Shown: one piece after another, positions 25,669 to 34,408 of the stretch
Layout of the letters: each line of letters begins with the position of its first letter
How positions within the stretch are numbered: position 1 is the first letter of the stretch
Assembly (NCBI GenBank): GCA_032560535.1
Contig: JAWGIA010000003.1
Location: 10,842 to 74,841 of the forward strand
From: Streptococcus parasanguinis
GTDB taxonomy: Bacteria; Bacillota; Bacilli; Lactobacillales; Streptococcaceae
Direction: 5' to 3'
DNA: 64,000 nt
Notes under the pieces: model-generated
The model's input: the letters and a program-made list of their open reading frames with translations, nothing else
Databases searched by the model: none
What the model was told of the DNA's origin: nothing
Program-made: the position numbers and the translations under genes

Positions 25669-27015
25669 ATGATAAAAAAATATTTGATCCATATTTGCCT
25701 CCTTCTGAGTCTCTTATGCCAGCCAATTCTAGCGAGTGCGGATGAATTGGTGGATATGGCGCAAAAGATGTATCCAAATGACAATGTCCAAGCCATTAAC
25801 CGTCCACATTCTTCGCTTATTATTGACGGAAATACGGGCAATGTTCTTTGGAAAGACAATATCGATGAAGTCAGAGATCCTGCCAGCATGAGTAAGCTCA
25901 TGACGCTCTATCTCTTGTTTGAAGATATGGCAAATGGCAAGATCAGTAAGGATACAGTGATCAAGGCGACCGCTTCAGACCAAGCGATCGGAAAGATCTA
26001 TGAGATCTCCAACAATAATATTGTTGCTGGGGTAGACTACACAATTCCTGAGTTGATTACCATGACAGTGGTTCCGTCCTCAAATGTATCGACCCTCATG
26101 TTGGCCAATCTCATGTCCAACAATGATCCAGATGCCTTTATCGAGCGCATGAATGCCAAGGCTAAGGAATTAGGGATGACCAATACGGTCTGGAATAACC
26201 CGAGTGGGGCGGCCATCTCCACCTTGCAGGGCTACTATCAGGTCAACAATTATCCAAATGATGCGGCCAACCAGACAACTGCGCGTGATTTAGGGATTCT
26301 GGTTTATCATTTTATCAATCAATACCCAGATATTTTAAACTATACCAATCAAGCACAAGTCACGGTCAAAAAAGGGACTCCATATGAGGAAACCTTTGAT
26401 ACCTACAATTATTCATTGCCAGGAGCCAAGTATGCCTTGAAAGGTGTGGATGGTTTGAAAACTGGTTCAAGCCCTCGTGGAGCTTTCAACTATATCGCGA
26501 CCATCAAACGGGGCAATCAGCGCTTAATTGCTGTCATTATGGGCGTAGGAGATTGGGCAGACCAAGATGGGGAATATTACCGTCACCCGTTTGGCAATGC
26601 CTTGATCGAAAAAGCCTATAAAGATTTTGGCTATAAAAAATTGCTAGATGCAGGTGTCCAGAAGATTGACGGCAAGACCTATACACTTGAAAAACCCTTC
26701 TATGCAACGGTCAAAAGAGGTGCTAAAGAACCGACCCTTGCGGTAAAAGATGGCTATCTGACAGTAGATAATGATCTCTACACGTTGTCTGAAGGTATCC
26801 GAGATGATATGAAGGTAGAAGAAGGGGCCAAGCCAGAGCTTGTCAAAGAAACAGCAAGTGGGAAAAAGACAACGGCTAAGCACAGTAAATGGCTTTCGCT
26901 GGATCACTTCCTGATCTTGATTCCAATTCTCATTCTTGTCATCATTCTCTCGATTGAAAAACAAAGTCGTGAGAGACGCAAAAAAGAGGCTCAAAAGCGC
27001 TATAATAAAGAGTAA
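25669..27015 (+). CDS. dacA: D-alanyl-D-alanine carboxypeptidase (PBP3/DacA-type low-MW PBP)
   Basis: Signal peptide, SxxK (SMSK), SxN (SSN), KTG (LKTGSS), and a C-terminal membrane anchor. Confidence 0.85.
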   Translation: MIKKYLIHICLLLSLLCQPILASADELVDMAQKMYPNDNVQAINRPHSSLIIDGNTGNVLWKDNIDEVRDPASMSKLMTLYLLFEDMANGKISKDTVIKATASDQAIGKIYEISNNNIVAGVDYTIPELITMTVVPSSNVSTLMLANLMSNNDPDAFIERMNAKAKELGMTNTVWNNPSGAAISTLQGYYQVNNYPNDAANQTTARDLGILVYHFINQYPDILNYTNQAQVTVKKGTPYEETFDTYNYSLPGAKYALKGVDGLKTGSSPRGAFNYIATIKRGNQRLIAVIMGVGDWADQDGEYYRHPFGNALIEKAYKDFGYKKLLDAGVQKIDGKTYTLEKPFYATVKRGAKEPTLAVKDGYLTVDNDLYTLSEGIRDDMKVEEGAKPELVKETASGKKTTAKHSKWLSLDHFLILIPILILVIILSIEKQSRERRKKEAQKRYNKE

Positions 27016-27020
27016 AATAA

Positions 27021-27047
27021 AACCTAACTGATTGTCAGTTGGGTTTT
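27021..27047 (+). terminator. Rho-independent terminator after dacA
   Basis: AACCTAACTGA-ttg-TCAGTTGGGTT then TTTT. Confidence 0.7.
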
Positions 27048-27085
27048 GTCATTGTCTCATTCCGATATTTTTAGAAAGGATTCAT

Positions 27086-28258
27086 ATGAAAAAATTCCGA
27101 AATTCTTATGCGGCTTATATGTTGCTCTATAGTTTTTATTTTATGTCCACATCTCTCTTTACGACCCTCATTTCCGTCTATTTGATGGGAAAGCACTATA
27201 GTGCAACCCAAGTGTCGACCTTGGTATCGGTTGCTTTTTTCTTATCCATGGTAGCCCAACCCTTCTTTGGTTATATCAATGAGCGATTTGGAATCGTAAA
27301 AATGACGACCCTCAGTCTGAGTGTGATCATTGGTGGTGTCTTCGGTTTTCTTTGGGCCCCCAATCTCTTTTGGCTGACCGTTTTTTATGGGATTGTTCTA
27401 GTCTGTTTGAATGTGACAGCTCCCATGATGGAAGTATTTGCAACACAAAGTCAATACGCTTTTGGGAAGATTCGCGTTTGGGGAACCATTGGCTACTCGG
27501 TCGGTGTCCAAATAGCCGGCTGGGTCTATCATCAGTTTAGCCCCCAAGCTGTTTATTATACGGTTTTGATCACCATTTTACTCAGCATTTTCTGTCTAAG
27601 TGCGGTTCGAATGAAGAAAAAAGAGACAGTCGTAGAAAAGGAAAAACACCCTGTCTCTATTCGTCCTCTTCTTCACAATGGACCTTATCTCCTCTTTATT
27701 GTGTTGATTGGCTTGGCTTCAGGGGTTGGAAATATTGGTCATACCTATATTCCTGAGCTACTCATGGATAGTGGTCTACCAGTCCATATTGCCTCTACGG
27801 TTGTAGCTATCTCCGTCGTAGTGGAAGCTCCCTTGATCTTTTTCTCTGATCGATTCATGGACCACTGGCCTTTACGGGTTTTGATCGCTCTTCCAATCGG
27901 GATTATTTTTGCTCAATATGTTGTCTACGCTCTTCCAAGTCCTGTCTTCTTAAAAGTGCTTTTGACTCTTTTAGCCAAGCATACAACAGGGATGGTTTTG
28001 ATTATGGTCTCCTTACGGTTTATTGCCCAACAGGTGAATGGCAAAGACTTGGTTCTTGCCATGGCTATTGTCCAAGGAGCTCGTTATTTAGGAACCATTC
28101 TTTTACAACCTCTCGCAGCCCTCTGTATTGAAAGAGGTGGTTACCAAGTCATGAGTTTCTTTTTAGCAGGGGTTGTAGGGATCGTCTTTTTGCTGAGCTT
28201 TGCCTTAAAAATGCCCCAAGGGAAGGCTCACGGCCTTTTTGGTGGCAAAGTAGACTAA
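27086..28258 (+). CDS. MFS transporter
   Basis: ORF 27032-28258. I chose the start at ATG 27086 (MKKFRNSYAAYML; SD AGAAAGGA 27073-27080) because 27032-27047 lies in the dacA terminator. 12 predicted TM segments. Confidence 0.7.
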   Translation: MKKFRNSYAAYMLLYSFYFMSTSLFTTLISVYLMGKHYSATQVSTLVSVAFFLSMVAQPFFGYINERFGIVKMTTLSLSVIIGGVFGFLWAPNLFWLTVFYGIVLVCLNVTAPMMEVFATQSQYAFGKIRVWGTIGYSVGVQIAGWVYHQFSPQAVYYTVLITILLSIFCLSAVRMKKKETVVEKEKHPVSIRPLLHNGPYLLFIVLIGLASGVGNIGHTYIPELLMDSGLPVHIASTVVAISVVVEAPLIFFSDRFMDHWPLRVLIALPIGIIFAQYVVYALPSPVFLKVLLTLLAKHTTGMVLIMVSLRFIAQQVNGKDLVLAMAIVQGARYLGTILLQPLAALCIERGGYQVMSFFLAGVVGIVFLLSFALKMPQGKAHGLFGGKVD

Positions 28259-28294
28259 TGAAATTGTTACAATTGTATGACTAATCATCGAGGA

Positions 28295-28339
28295 GTTGGA
28301 CAGAAACACTGATTTCACAGTGTTTTGTCCAACTTTTTT
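28295..28339 (+). terminator. Rho-independent terminator after the MFS gene
   Basis: GTTGGACAGAAACACTG-atttca-CAGTGTTTTGTCCAAC then TTTTTT. Confidence 0.85.
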
Positions 28340-28365
28340 GCTAATATTAAGAACTAGTGATTAAT

Positions 28366-28394
28366 TTGACAGTCAAAGTATTCGATGGTAGAAT
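28366..28394 (+). promoter_or_regulatory. Promoter of the lipoprotein gene
   Basis: TTGACA 28366-28371, 17-nt spacer, TAGAAT 28389-28394. Confidence 0.65.
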
Positions 28395-28425
28395 GAGGTA
28401 AAATAAATATAAAGGAGACCATTTT

Positions 28426-29007
28426 ATGAAAAAAATGATCTTATCGACAGCTGCTCTTTTGACGATTGTTTCCCTTGCTGCTTGTTCAAATAAACAAGAC
28501 ACAAAGAAGGAAACTTCAAATAGTCAATCAACTACTAAAGTGACGAGCAAATCTGCCAACACTTCAAAAAGCAAGGATACTTCAACAGATTCAGAAGAGA
28601 CTTCATCTTCTAGCCTCTTAACAGACGCTGAAATCAGCAAGGCTAAAACAGTTGGAGACTTTAAAAAGTTGTTTGCAAAATTAATGGATCAATCTGTTTC
28701 TATTACTGAAGAAGCAGGTACTTCTGTGACAGGTTCTGCAAAAGAACAATACGATGCAATGATTAGTACCTTAAAGCAAGGATTAGAAAACCAAAAAGAT
28801 ATCTTTAATGAAGGCTTGGAAAGCATCGGTTCAGATAGCACAGTCGTTCCTAAAGAAGACCGTGAAGCTTTGATCGAAATCTTGAAAGATGCTCGTGAAG
28901 AGTTGGAAAGTACTCGTAAAGAAATGAAAGATATGCAGAAAGAATTGAGTAAATCTCCTGTTGCTGATGATTCTAGTGATGATTCAGATTCAGATTCTGA
29001 AGAATAA
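28426..29007 (+). CDS. Lipoprotein, hypothetical (Ser/Thr-rich linker, helical domain, acidic tail)
   Basis: Lipobox SLAAC-S and SD AAAGGAG. The C-terminus is ADDSSDDSDSDSEE. I recognise no family. Confidence 0.7.
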   Translation: MKKMILSTAALLTIVSLAACSNKQDTKKETSNSQSTTKVTSKSANTSKSKDTSTDSEETSSSSLLTDAEISKAKTVGDFKKLFAKLMDQSVSITEEAGTSVTGSAKEQYDAMISTLKQGLENQKDIFNEGLESIGSDSTVVPKEDREALIEILKDAREELESTRKEMKDMQKELSKSPVADDSSDDSDSDSEE

Positions 29008-29016
29008 AAAGAAGAA

Positions 29017-29040
29017 AAGGTTGGAATTTCCAGCCTTTTT
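29017..29040 (+). terminator. Rho-independent terminator
   Basis: AAGGTTGGA-att-TCCAGCCTT then TTTTT. Confidence 0.65.
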
Positions 29041-29051
29041 CCTATTTTTTT

Positions 29052-29060
29052 TTCGAATGA
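29052..29060 (+). promoter_or_regulatory. Degenerate com-box candidate upstream of coiA
   Basis: T9 tract followed by TTCGAATGA. The CGAAT core of TACGAATA is conserved and there are 2 mismatches. It is 22 nt from the coiA ATG, the same geometry as at comEA. Confidence 0.45.
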
Positions 29061-29081
29061 TATAGATGAGGAGGTGGGCCT

Positions 29082-30032
29082 ATGTTTATTGCCATGGATA
29101 ACAATCAAAAGCGGTGGAACTGTATGGAAGAGATCCCAGCTGTGACAGAAGGTCCCTTCTATTGCTTGGCTTGTCATAGTCCAGTGCGTCTAAAAAATGG
29201 CTCGGTTCTACGGGCTCATTTTGCTCATATAAAATTACAGCATTGTCCCTATCATCACGAAGCTGAGAGTTTTGAACATCTGGAATTGAAAGCCAGTCTT
29301 TATGATTGGGCCTCTAAGGAGTCTCATACAGAGGTAGAAAGTTATTTAGCAGACTTTCAACAAATTGCCGATCTTTTGGTAGTAGACAAGAACTTAGCTT
29401 TGGAAGTGCAGTGCAGCTCCTTATCTTTAGAACGCTTGAAGGAGAGGAGCGATGCTTATCGATCCAACGGTTACCATGTCTATTGGTTACTTGGTAAAAA
29501 GTTGTGGCTCAAGGAAAGACTAACAAAGCTGCAGGCTGGCTTTCTTTATTTTAGTCAGAATCGAGGGTTCCATCTTTGGGAATTGGATCTGACAAAGAAA
29601 GAGCTACGTCTGCAATACCTCATCCATGAGGATTTACGAGGGCGATTGTATTATCAAACAGAAGTTTTCCCTTTTGGTCAAAGGTCTTTACTGGAAGTCT
29701 TACGGACCCCTTATCTTTCGCAACCCATGCAGCAAATGGCAGTCGAGCTCGATCGTACATTTTTAACCTATATACAGCAGCAACTCTTTTATCGTCATCC
29801 AAAGTGGCTGAAGCTTCAGGAAGAACTCTATATGCAGGGACACCATCTGATGGAACTGGGGCTGGATTTCTTTTATCCTCTTTGTCGTCCGATCCTTTCA
29901 CAGAACTTGCTCCAAATTAAAGAGGATGTAGAAGGTTACTACCAGCAATTTATGACCTATTATCAGTCGCAAGGGATCCAACCCGTTCAGATCCTTTATC
30001 CCCCACGTTTTTATGCTCAACAGAAAAGCTAA
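29082..30032 (+). CDS. coiA: Competence protein CoiA
   Basis: 316 aa. N-terminus MFIAMDNN..., Cys motif YCLACHSPVRLKNGSVLRAHFAH, and the coiA-pepF neighbourhood as in S. pneumoniae. Confidence 0.85.
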   Translation: MFIAMDNNQKRWNCMEEIPAVTEGPFYCLACHSPVRLKNGSVLRAHFAHIKLQHCPYHHEAESFEHLELKASLYDWASKESHTEVESYLADFQQIADLLVVDKNLALEVQCSSLSLERLKERSDAYRSNGYHVYWLLGKKLWLKERLTKLQAGFLYFSQNRGFHLWELDLTKKELRLQYLIHEDLRGRLYYQTEVFPFGQRSLLEVLRTPYLSQPMQQMAVELDRTFLTYIQQQLFYRHPKWLKLQEELYMQGHHLMELGLDFFYPLCRPILSQNLLQIKEDVEGYYQQFMTYYQSQGIQPVQILYPPRFYAQQKS

Positions 30033-30104
30033 CTTTCTAAGATAGAAATCCTCCCGAAATGTTCATTTTTATGCTAAAATAATACCATTGGAGGATTAAT
30101 CGAA

Positions 30105-31907
30105 ATGGTAAAACAACGTAATGAAATTGATGAAAAATACCAATGGGATTTGTCGACAATTTTTGCGACAGATCAAGCTTGGGAAGAAGAAGCAGCAAGC
30201 TTAGCTACAGATATTAAAGCAGCAAGCCACTATTCTGGCCATTTGTTGGATTCAGCGCAAACACTGTTGGATACAACCAATGCATATTTGGAATTGAGTC
30301 GTCGTTTAGAAAAGGTCTACGTCTATGCCCATATGAAAAATGACCAAGACACACGAGTGGCTAAATACCAAGAGTACCAATCAAAAGGGATGTCTCTTTA
30401 TAGCTTGTTAGGTGAAACCTTTGCCTTCTATGAGCCTGAATTCATGGCCATTACGGATGAGCAATACAAGACCTTTGTGAGTGAAGTTCCAGCCTTGGAA
30501 CAATATGGTCATTATTTTGATCGTTTGCTAGAGAAAAAAGAACATGTCTTGTCTCAAAAAGAAGAGGAATTACTTGCAGGAGCTGGTGAGATCTTTGCGG
30601 CTGGGGGTGAAACCTTTGAAATCTTGGACAATGCAGATATTGTTTTCCCAACTGTGCATGATGACAAGGGCGAAGAGGTTCAATTAACCCATGGAAACTA
30701 TATTTCTTTGGTAGAATCAAAAGATCGTGCCGTTCGTAAAGAAGCTTACGAAGGACTCTACAAGGTTTATGAACAGTACCAACATACCTATGCTAAAACC
30801 TTGCAAACCAATGTGAAAGTTCACAACTTTAATGCCAAAGTTCGCAAATTCTCATCTGCCCGTGGAGCGGCCCTTTCTGAAAACTTTGTACCAGAAAGTG
30901 TTTATGATAGCTTGGTGGCAGCGGTGAACAAACATTTGCCACTCTTGCAACGCTATGTGCAATTGCGTTCAAAAATTCTAGGAATCTCAGACTTGAAGAT
31001 GTACGATATGTATACGCCATTATCCGATACAGACTACAAGTTTACCTATGAAGAATCATTGGCCAAAGCAGAAGAAGTCTTGGCTGTTTTGGGTGAGGAC
31101 TACCTTTCTCGTGTGAAACGGGCCTTTAGCGAACGGTGGATCGACGTGCATGTCAACCAAGGAAAACGCTCAGGTGCCTATTCAGGTGGTTCTTATGATA
31201 CCAATGCCTTCATGTTGTTGAACTGGCAAGATACATTGGATAATCTCTTCACCTTGGTGCATGAAACTGGTCACAGTATGCATTCTAGCTATACCCGTGA
31301 AACCCAGCCTTATGTCTATGGGGACTATTCTATCTTCCTTGCTGAAATTGCCTCAACAACCAATGAAAATATCCTGACCGAACGTCTGTTAGAAGAAGTA
31401 GAAGACGATGCAACTCGCTTTGCTATTTTGAATCACTTCTTGGATGGCTTCCGTGGAACCGTCTTCCGTCAAACCCAGTTTGCCGAATTTGAGCATGCTA
31501 TTCATAAAGCAGACCAAGAAGGTACGGTATTGACTAGTGAGTTCTTGAATAACCTCTATGCAGAACTCAATGAGAAATACTACGGTCTTTCAAAAGATGA
31601 CAACCCTGAAATCCAATATGAATGGGCTCGTATTCCTCACTTCTACTATAACTACTACGTTTTCCAATATTCAACAGGTTTTGCAGCAGCTTCAGCCTTA
31701 GCTGAAAAGATTGTTCATGGAACACAAGAAGATCGTGATAAATATATCGACTACTTGAAGGCTGGAAATTCTGATTATCCACTCAACGTCATCCGCAAAG
31801 CAGGTGTGGATATGGAAAAAGAAGACTACTTGGACGCAGCCTTTGCGGTCTTCGAACGTCGTTTGAATGAATTTGAAGCCCTAGTAGAAAAATTAGGACT
31901 CGCATAA
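30105..31907 (+). CDS. pepF: Oligoendopeptidase F
   Basis: 600 aa with the M3 zinc motif HETGHSMH. Confidence 0.95.
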   Translation: MVKQRNEIDEKYQWDLSTIFATDQAWEEEAASLATDIKAASHYSGHLLDSAQTLLDTTNAYLELSRRLEKVYVYAHMKNDQDTRVAKYQEYQSKGMSLYSLLGETFAFYEPEFMAITDEQYKTFVSEVPALEQYGHYFDRLLEKKEHVLSQKEEELLAGAGEIFAAGGETFEILDNADIVFPTVHDDKGEEVQLTHGNYISLVESKDRAVRKEAYEGLYKVYEQYQHTYAKTLQTNVKVHNFNAKVRKFSSARGAALSENFVPESVYDSLVAAVNKHLPLLQRYVQLRSKILGISDLKMYDMYTPLSDTDYKFTYEESLAKAEEVLAVLGEDYLSRVKRAFSERWIDVHVNQGKRSGAYSGGSYDTNAFMLLNWQDTLDNLFTLVHETGHSMHSSYTRETQPYVYGDYSIFLAEIASTTNENILTERLLEEVEDDATRFAILNHFLDGFRGTVFRQTQFAEFEHAIHKADQEGTVLTSEFLNNLYAELNEKYYGLSKDDNPEIQYEWARIPHFYYNYYVFQYSTGFAAASALAEKIVHGTQEDRDKYIDYLKAGNSDYPLNVIRKAGVDMEKEDYLDAAFAVFERRLNEFEALVEKLGLA

Positions 31908-31908
31908 G

Positions 31909-32628
31909 ATGGTAGAGTCTTATAGTAAAAATGCCAACCACAATATGCGCCGGCCAGTGGTTAAAGATGAGATCGTTGACTTTATGCGCACGCGTCAAAA
32001 ACCGGTAGCAGGTGCCTTGGAGGAGTTAGAAGCATTCGCCCGCAAGGAAAATATTCCGATTATTCCGCATGAAACGGTAGCTTACTTTAGACTACTCCTG
32101 CAAGCCCTACAACCAAAGAAAATCCTGGAAATTGGGACAGCAATTGGATTTTCAGCGCTCTTAATGGCTGAAAATGCTCCCGATGCACAAATTACCACTA
32201 TTGATCGGAATGAAGAGATGATTGGCTTTGCCAAGGAAAATCTGGCTAAATACGATCAGAGAAAGCAAATCACCTTGCTTGAAGGAGATGCGGTAGATGT
32301 CTTGCAGGATTTAACAGAGACTTATGACTTTGTCTTTATGGACTCTGCTAAGTCTAAATACATCGTCTTTTTGCCACGAATTCTCGAACTCTTAGAGGTT
32401 GGGGGAATCGTGGTACTGGATGATATTTTCCAAGGAGGAGATGTTGCCAAGGACATCATGGAAGTGCGTCGTGGGCAACGAACCATTTACCGGGGGCTTC
32501 AGAATCTCTTTCATGCGACTCTCAATCATCCAGATTTGACCGCTAGTTTGGTGCCACTTGGAGATGGTATTTTGATGATTCGGAAAAATGCAGAGACGGT
32601 AACCTTGCCAGATCCTAGCTCTTTTTAG
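31909..32628 (+). CDS. Class I SAM-dependent O-methyltransferase (YrrM/TrmR-like)
   Basis: 239 aa with ILEIGTAIGFS (motif I) and FMDSAK. The start is 1 nt after the pepF stop. Confidence 0.8.
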   Translation: MVESYSKNANHNMRRPVVKDEIVDFMRTRQKPVAGALEELEAFARKENIPIIPHETVAYFRLLLQALQPKKILEIGTAIGFSALLMAENAPDAQITTIDRNEEMIGFAKENLAKYDQRKQITLLEGDAVDVLQDLTETYDFVFMDSAKSKYIVFLPRILELLEVGGIVVLDDIFQGGDVAKDIMEVRRGQRTIYRGLQNLFHATLNHPDLTASLVPLGDGILMIRKNAETVTLPDPSSF

Positions 32629-32700
32629 GTAAATTTAAGGTATTCTCTCTAATTTGTGGTAAAATAGAAGAAGTTTAAAAAGGAACGGAGAATAATTTTC

Positions 32701-33645
32701 ATGAAGAAAAAACTTGTAGCGGGTGCTGTGACCTTGCTATCAGTCGTAACACTAGCAGCGTGTGCCAATGGCACAAACAAAGATATCGTGACCATGAAAG
32801 GGGACACGATCACAGTTTCTGATTTCTATAATGAAATCAAAACCAACCAAGGTGCTCAACAAGTTCTTTTCCAAATGACCATCAATAAAGTCTTTGAAAA
32901 AGAATATGGATCAAAAGTTTCTGATAAAGAAGTCGATAAAGAATTGGCTAAACAAAAGAAACAATTAGGTAACCAATTCGATGCATACTTGGCGCAACAA
33001 GGCTTGACGGAAGAAACAGCGAAGAAACAAATCCGTAGCAATATGTTGTTGGAATATGCAGTCAACCAAGCGGCTAAGAAAGATATCAAAGAGTCTGACT
33101 ACAAGGCAGCTTTTGAATCTTACACACCAGAAGTAACAGCACAAATTATCAAGTTAGATTCAGAAGATAAAGCAAAAGAAGTGTTGGAAGCTGCTAAAGC
33201 GGAAGGTGCAGACTTTGCCCAAATCGCCAAAGACAATTCAACAGATACTGCTACAAAAGACAAAGGTGGCGAAGTCAAGTTCGATTCAGGAACAGCAGGT
33301 ATCCCATCTCAAGTCAAAGAAGCTGCCTTTAAATTGGATGAAAACGGCATTTCAGATGTGATCACAGTTTCAGCAGGTCAAAACTATTCTGCTAGCTACT
33401 ATATTGTCAAATTGAATAAGAAGACAGAAAAAGGCTCTGACTGGAAGAAATACGAAAAACGTTTGAAAGAGATCATTGTTGATGGTCGTAAGCAAGATAC
33501 CAACTACATCCGTAGCATTATTGCAAAAGCGATGACCAATGCCAATATCAAGGTCAAAGATGATGCCTTCAAATCAACCTTCAACCAATATTTGCAAAAT
33601 ATCGGTGTTGAAACAAGTGATAGCAGTTCATCATCTAAAAAATAG
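32701..33645 (+). CDS. prsA: Foldase lipoprotein PrsA (parvulin-type PPIase)
   Basis: Lipobox TLAAC-A. 314 aa. The position after the O-methyltransferase is as in S. pneumoniae. Confidence 0.9.
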   Translation: MKKKLVAGAVTLLSVVTLAACANGTNKDIVTMKGDTITVSDFYNEIKTNQGAQQVLFQMTINKVFEKEYGSKVSDKEVDKELAKQKKQLGNQFDAYLAQQGLTEETAKKQIRSNMLLEYAVNQAAKKDIKESDYKAAFESYTPEVTAQIIKLDSEDKAKEVLEAAKAEGADFAQIAKDNSTDTATKDKGGEVKFDSGTAGIPSQVKEAAFKLDENGISDVITVSAGQNYSASYYIVKLNKKTEKGSDWKKYEKRLKEIIVDGRKQDTNYIRSIIAKAMTNANIKVKDDAFKSTFNQYLQNIGVETSDSSSSSKK

Positions 33646-33674
33646 TTGACGGTTCCTTTTGGAACTTGTATAAT
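33646..33674 (+). promoter_or_regulatory. Promoter of the T-box leader
   Basis: TTGACG 33646-33651, 17-nt spacer, TATAAT 33669-33674. Confidence 0.7.
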
Positions 33675-33680
33675 GAAATA

Positions 33681-33840
33681 GTTGAGAATAAATCATTGTT
33701 ACTCGGAATCAGAGAAGTGGCGGGGGTGCGAGCCATGGAAGAGAAATGATTTTGCTACTCGGCTGAGACAATTGCATATAAAATGAAGAATGACAAGTTC
33801 ATTGAATGAAGGTGGTACCGCGGTTTTTCGCCCTTCGTTT
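33681..33840 (+). promoter_or_regulatory. T-box riboswitch leader, putative alanine (GCU) specifier
   Basis: AGAGA at 33711-33715. Distal-loop GGTGCGAG at 33725-33732, closed by GTGGC/GCCAT. T-box core GGTGGTACCGCG at 33811-33822. Candidate specifier GCT-A at 33754-33757, between helices ATCATT/AATGAT and TTGAG/CTCGG. Confidence 0.8.
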
Positions 33841-33898
33841 AGTGGCTTGTCTTTTGTTTATGGGCAGTTGTCTGGAGCTTTTTAAAGGAGATCAAAAG

Positions 33899-34384
33899 AT
33901 GCGAACCTATCAAGTGAAACAAAAATTTCGATTGGGTGGCGAGCGGTTCGATATCAAAGATGAGTTGGGAAATGTTGAATACCAGGTTGAGGGATCTTTT
34001 CTTAAGATTCCCAAGACTTTTACCATCTATGATAAGAATGGACAAGAAGTGAGCCACATTACTAAAAAAACAATCAGCTTTCTTCCCAAGTTTGTGGTTG
34101 AGTTGAAGGATGGGGACCGCTTTTTTATCCATAAAAAACTGACGCTCTTTAGAGACAAATACGATATCGAAGATTTGGGACTGCGGGTACAAGGAAATAT
34201 CTGGGACCTAGAATTCAAATTATTCGATGATCGGGATCAAATCGTCGCTGAGATTAGCAAGGAACTCTTTCATCTAACCTCTACCTACCAAGTATCGGTG
34301 TATGAGGATGAATACGCTGATTTAGTCATCTCACTTTGTGTCGCCATCGATTATGTCGAAATGTTAGAAGCTGGCGCAAATTAA
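33899..34384 (+). CDS. LURP-one-related / YxjI-like (tubby C-terminal-like fold) protein
   Basis: ORF 33806-34384. The true start is probably ATG 33899 (SD AGGAG 33886-33890), because upstream codons overlap the T-box. MRTYQVKQKFRLGGERFDIKDELGN..FTIYDKNG is typical of the family. Confidence 0.7.
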   Translation: MRTYQVKQKFRLGGERFDIKDELGNVEYQVEGSFLKIPKTFTIYDKNGQEVSHITKKTISFLPKFVVELKDGDRFFIHKKLTLFRDKYDIEDLGLRVQGNIWDLEFKLFDDRDQIVAEISKELFHLTSTYQVSVYEDEYADLVISLCVAIDYVEMLEAGAN

Positions 34385-34408
34385 TCTTAAAAAAATTAGG
34401 AGACAAAT

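Noticed and set aside
27032-27085. N-terminal extension of the MFS transporter ORF
   Set aside because: It starts inside the dacA terminator hairpin (27021-27047). ATG 27086 has a proper SD.
32634-32639. TTTAAG half-site (CiaR-like) upstream of the prsA extended -10
   Set aside because: The second direct-repeat half (TTTAAG after 5 nt) is absent; the sequence there is CTCTCT. One hexamer is not evidence for a CiaR site.
33806-33898. N-terminal extension of the LURP-one-like ORF (MKVVPRFFALRL...)
   Set aside because: These codons are the T-box core and terminator region (GGTGGTACCGCG at 33811-33822). A good SD precedes the internal ATG at 33899.
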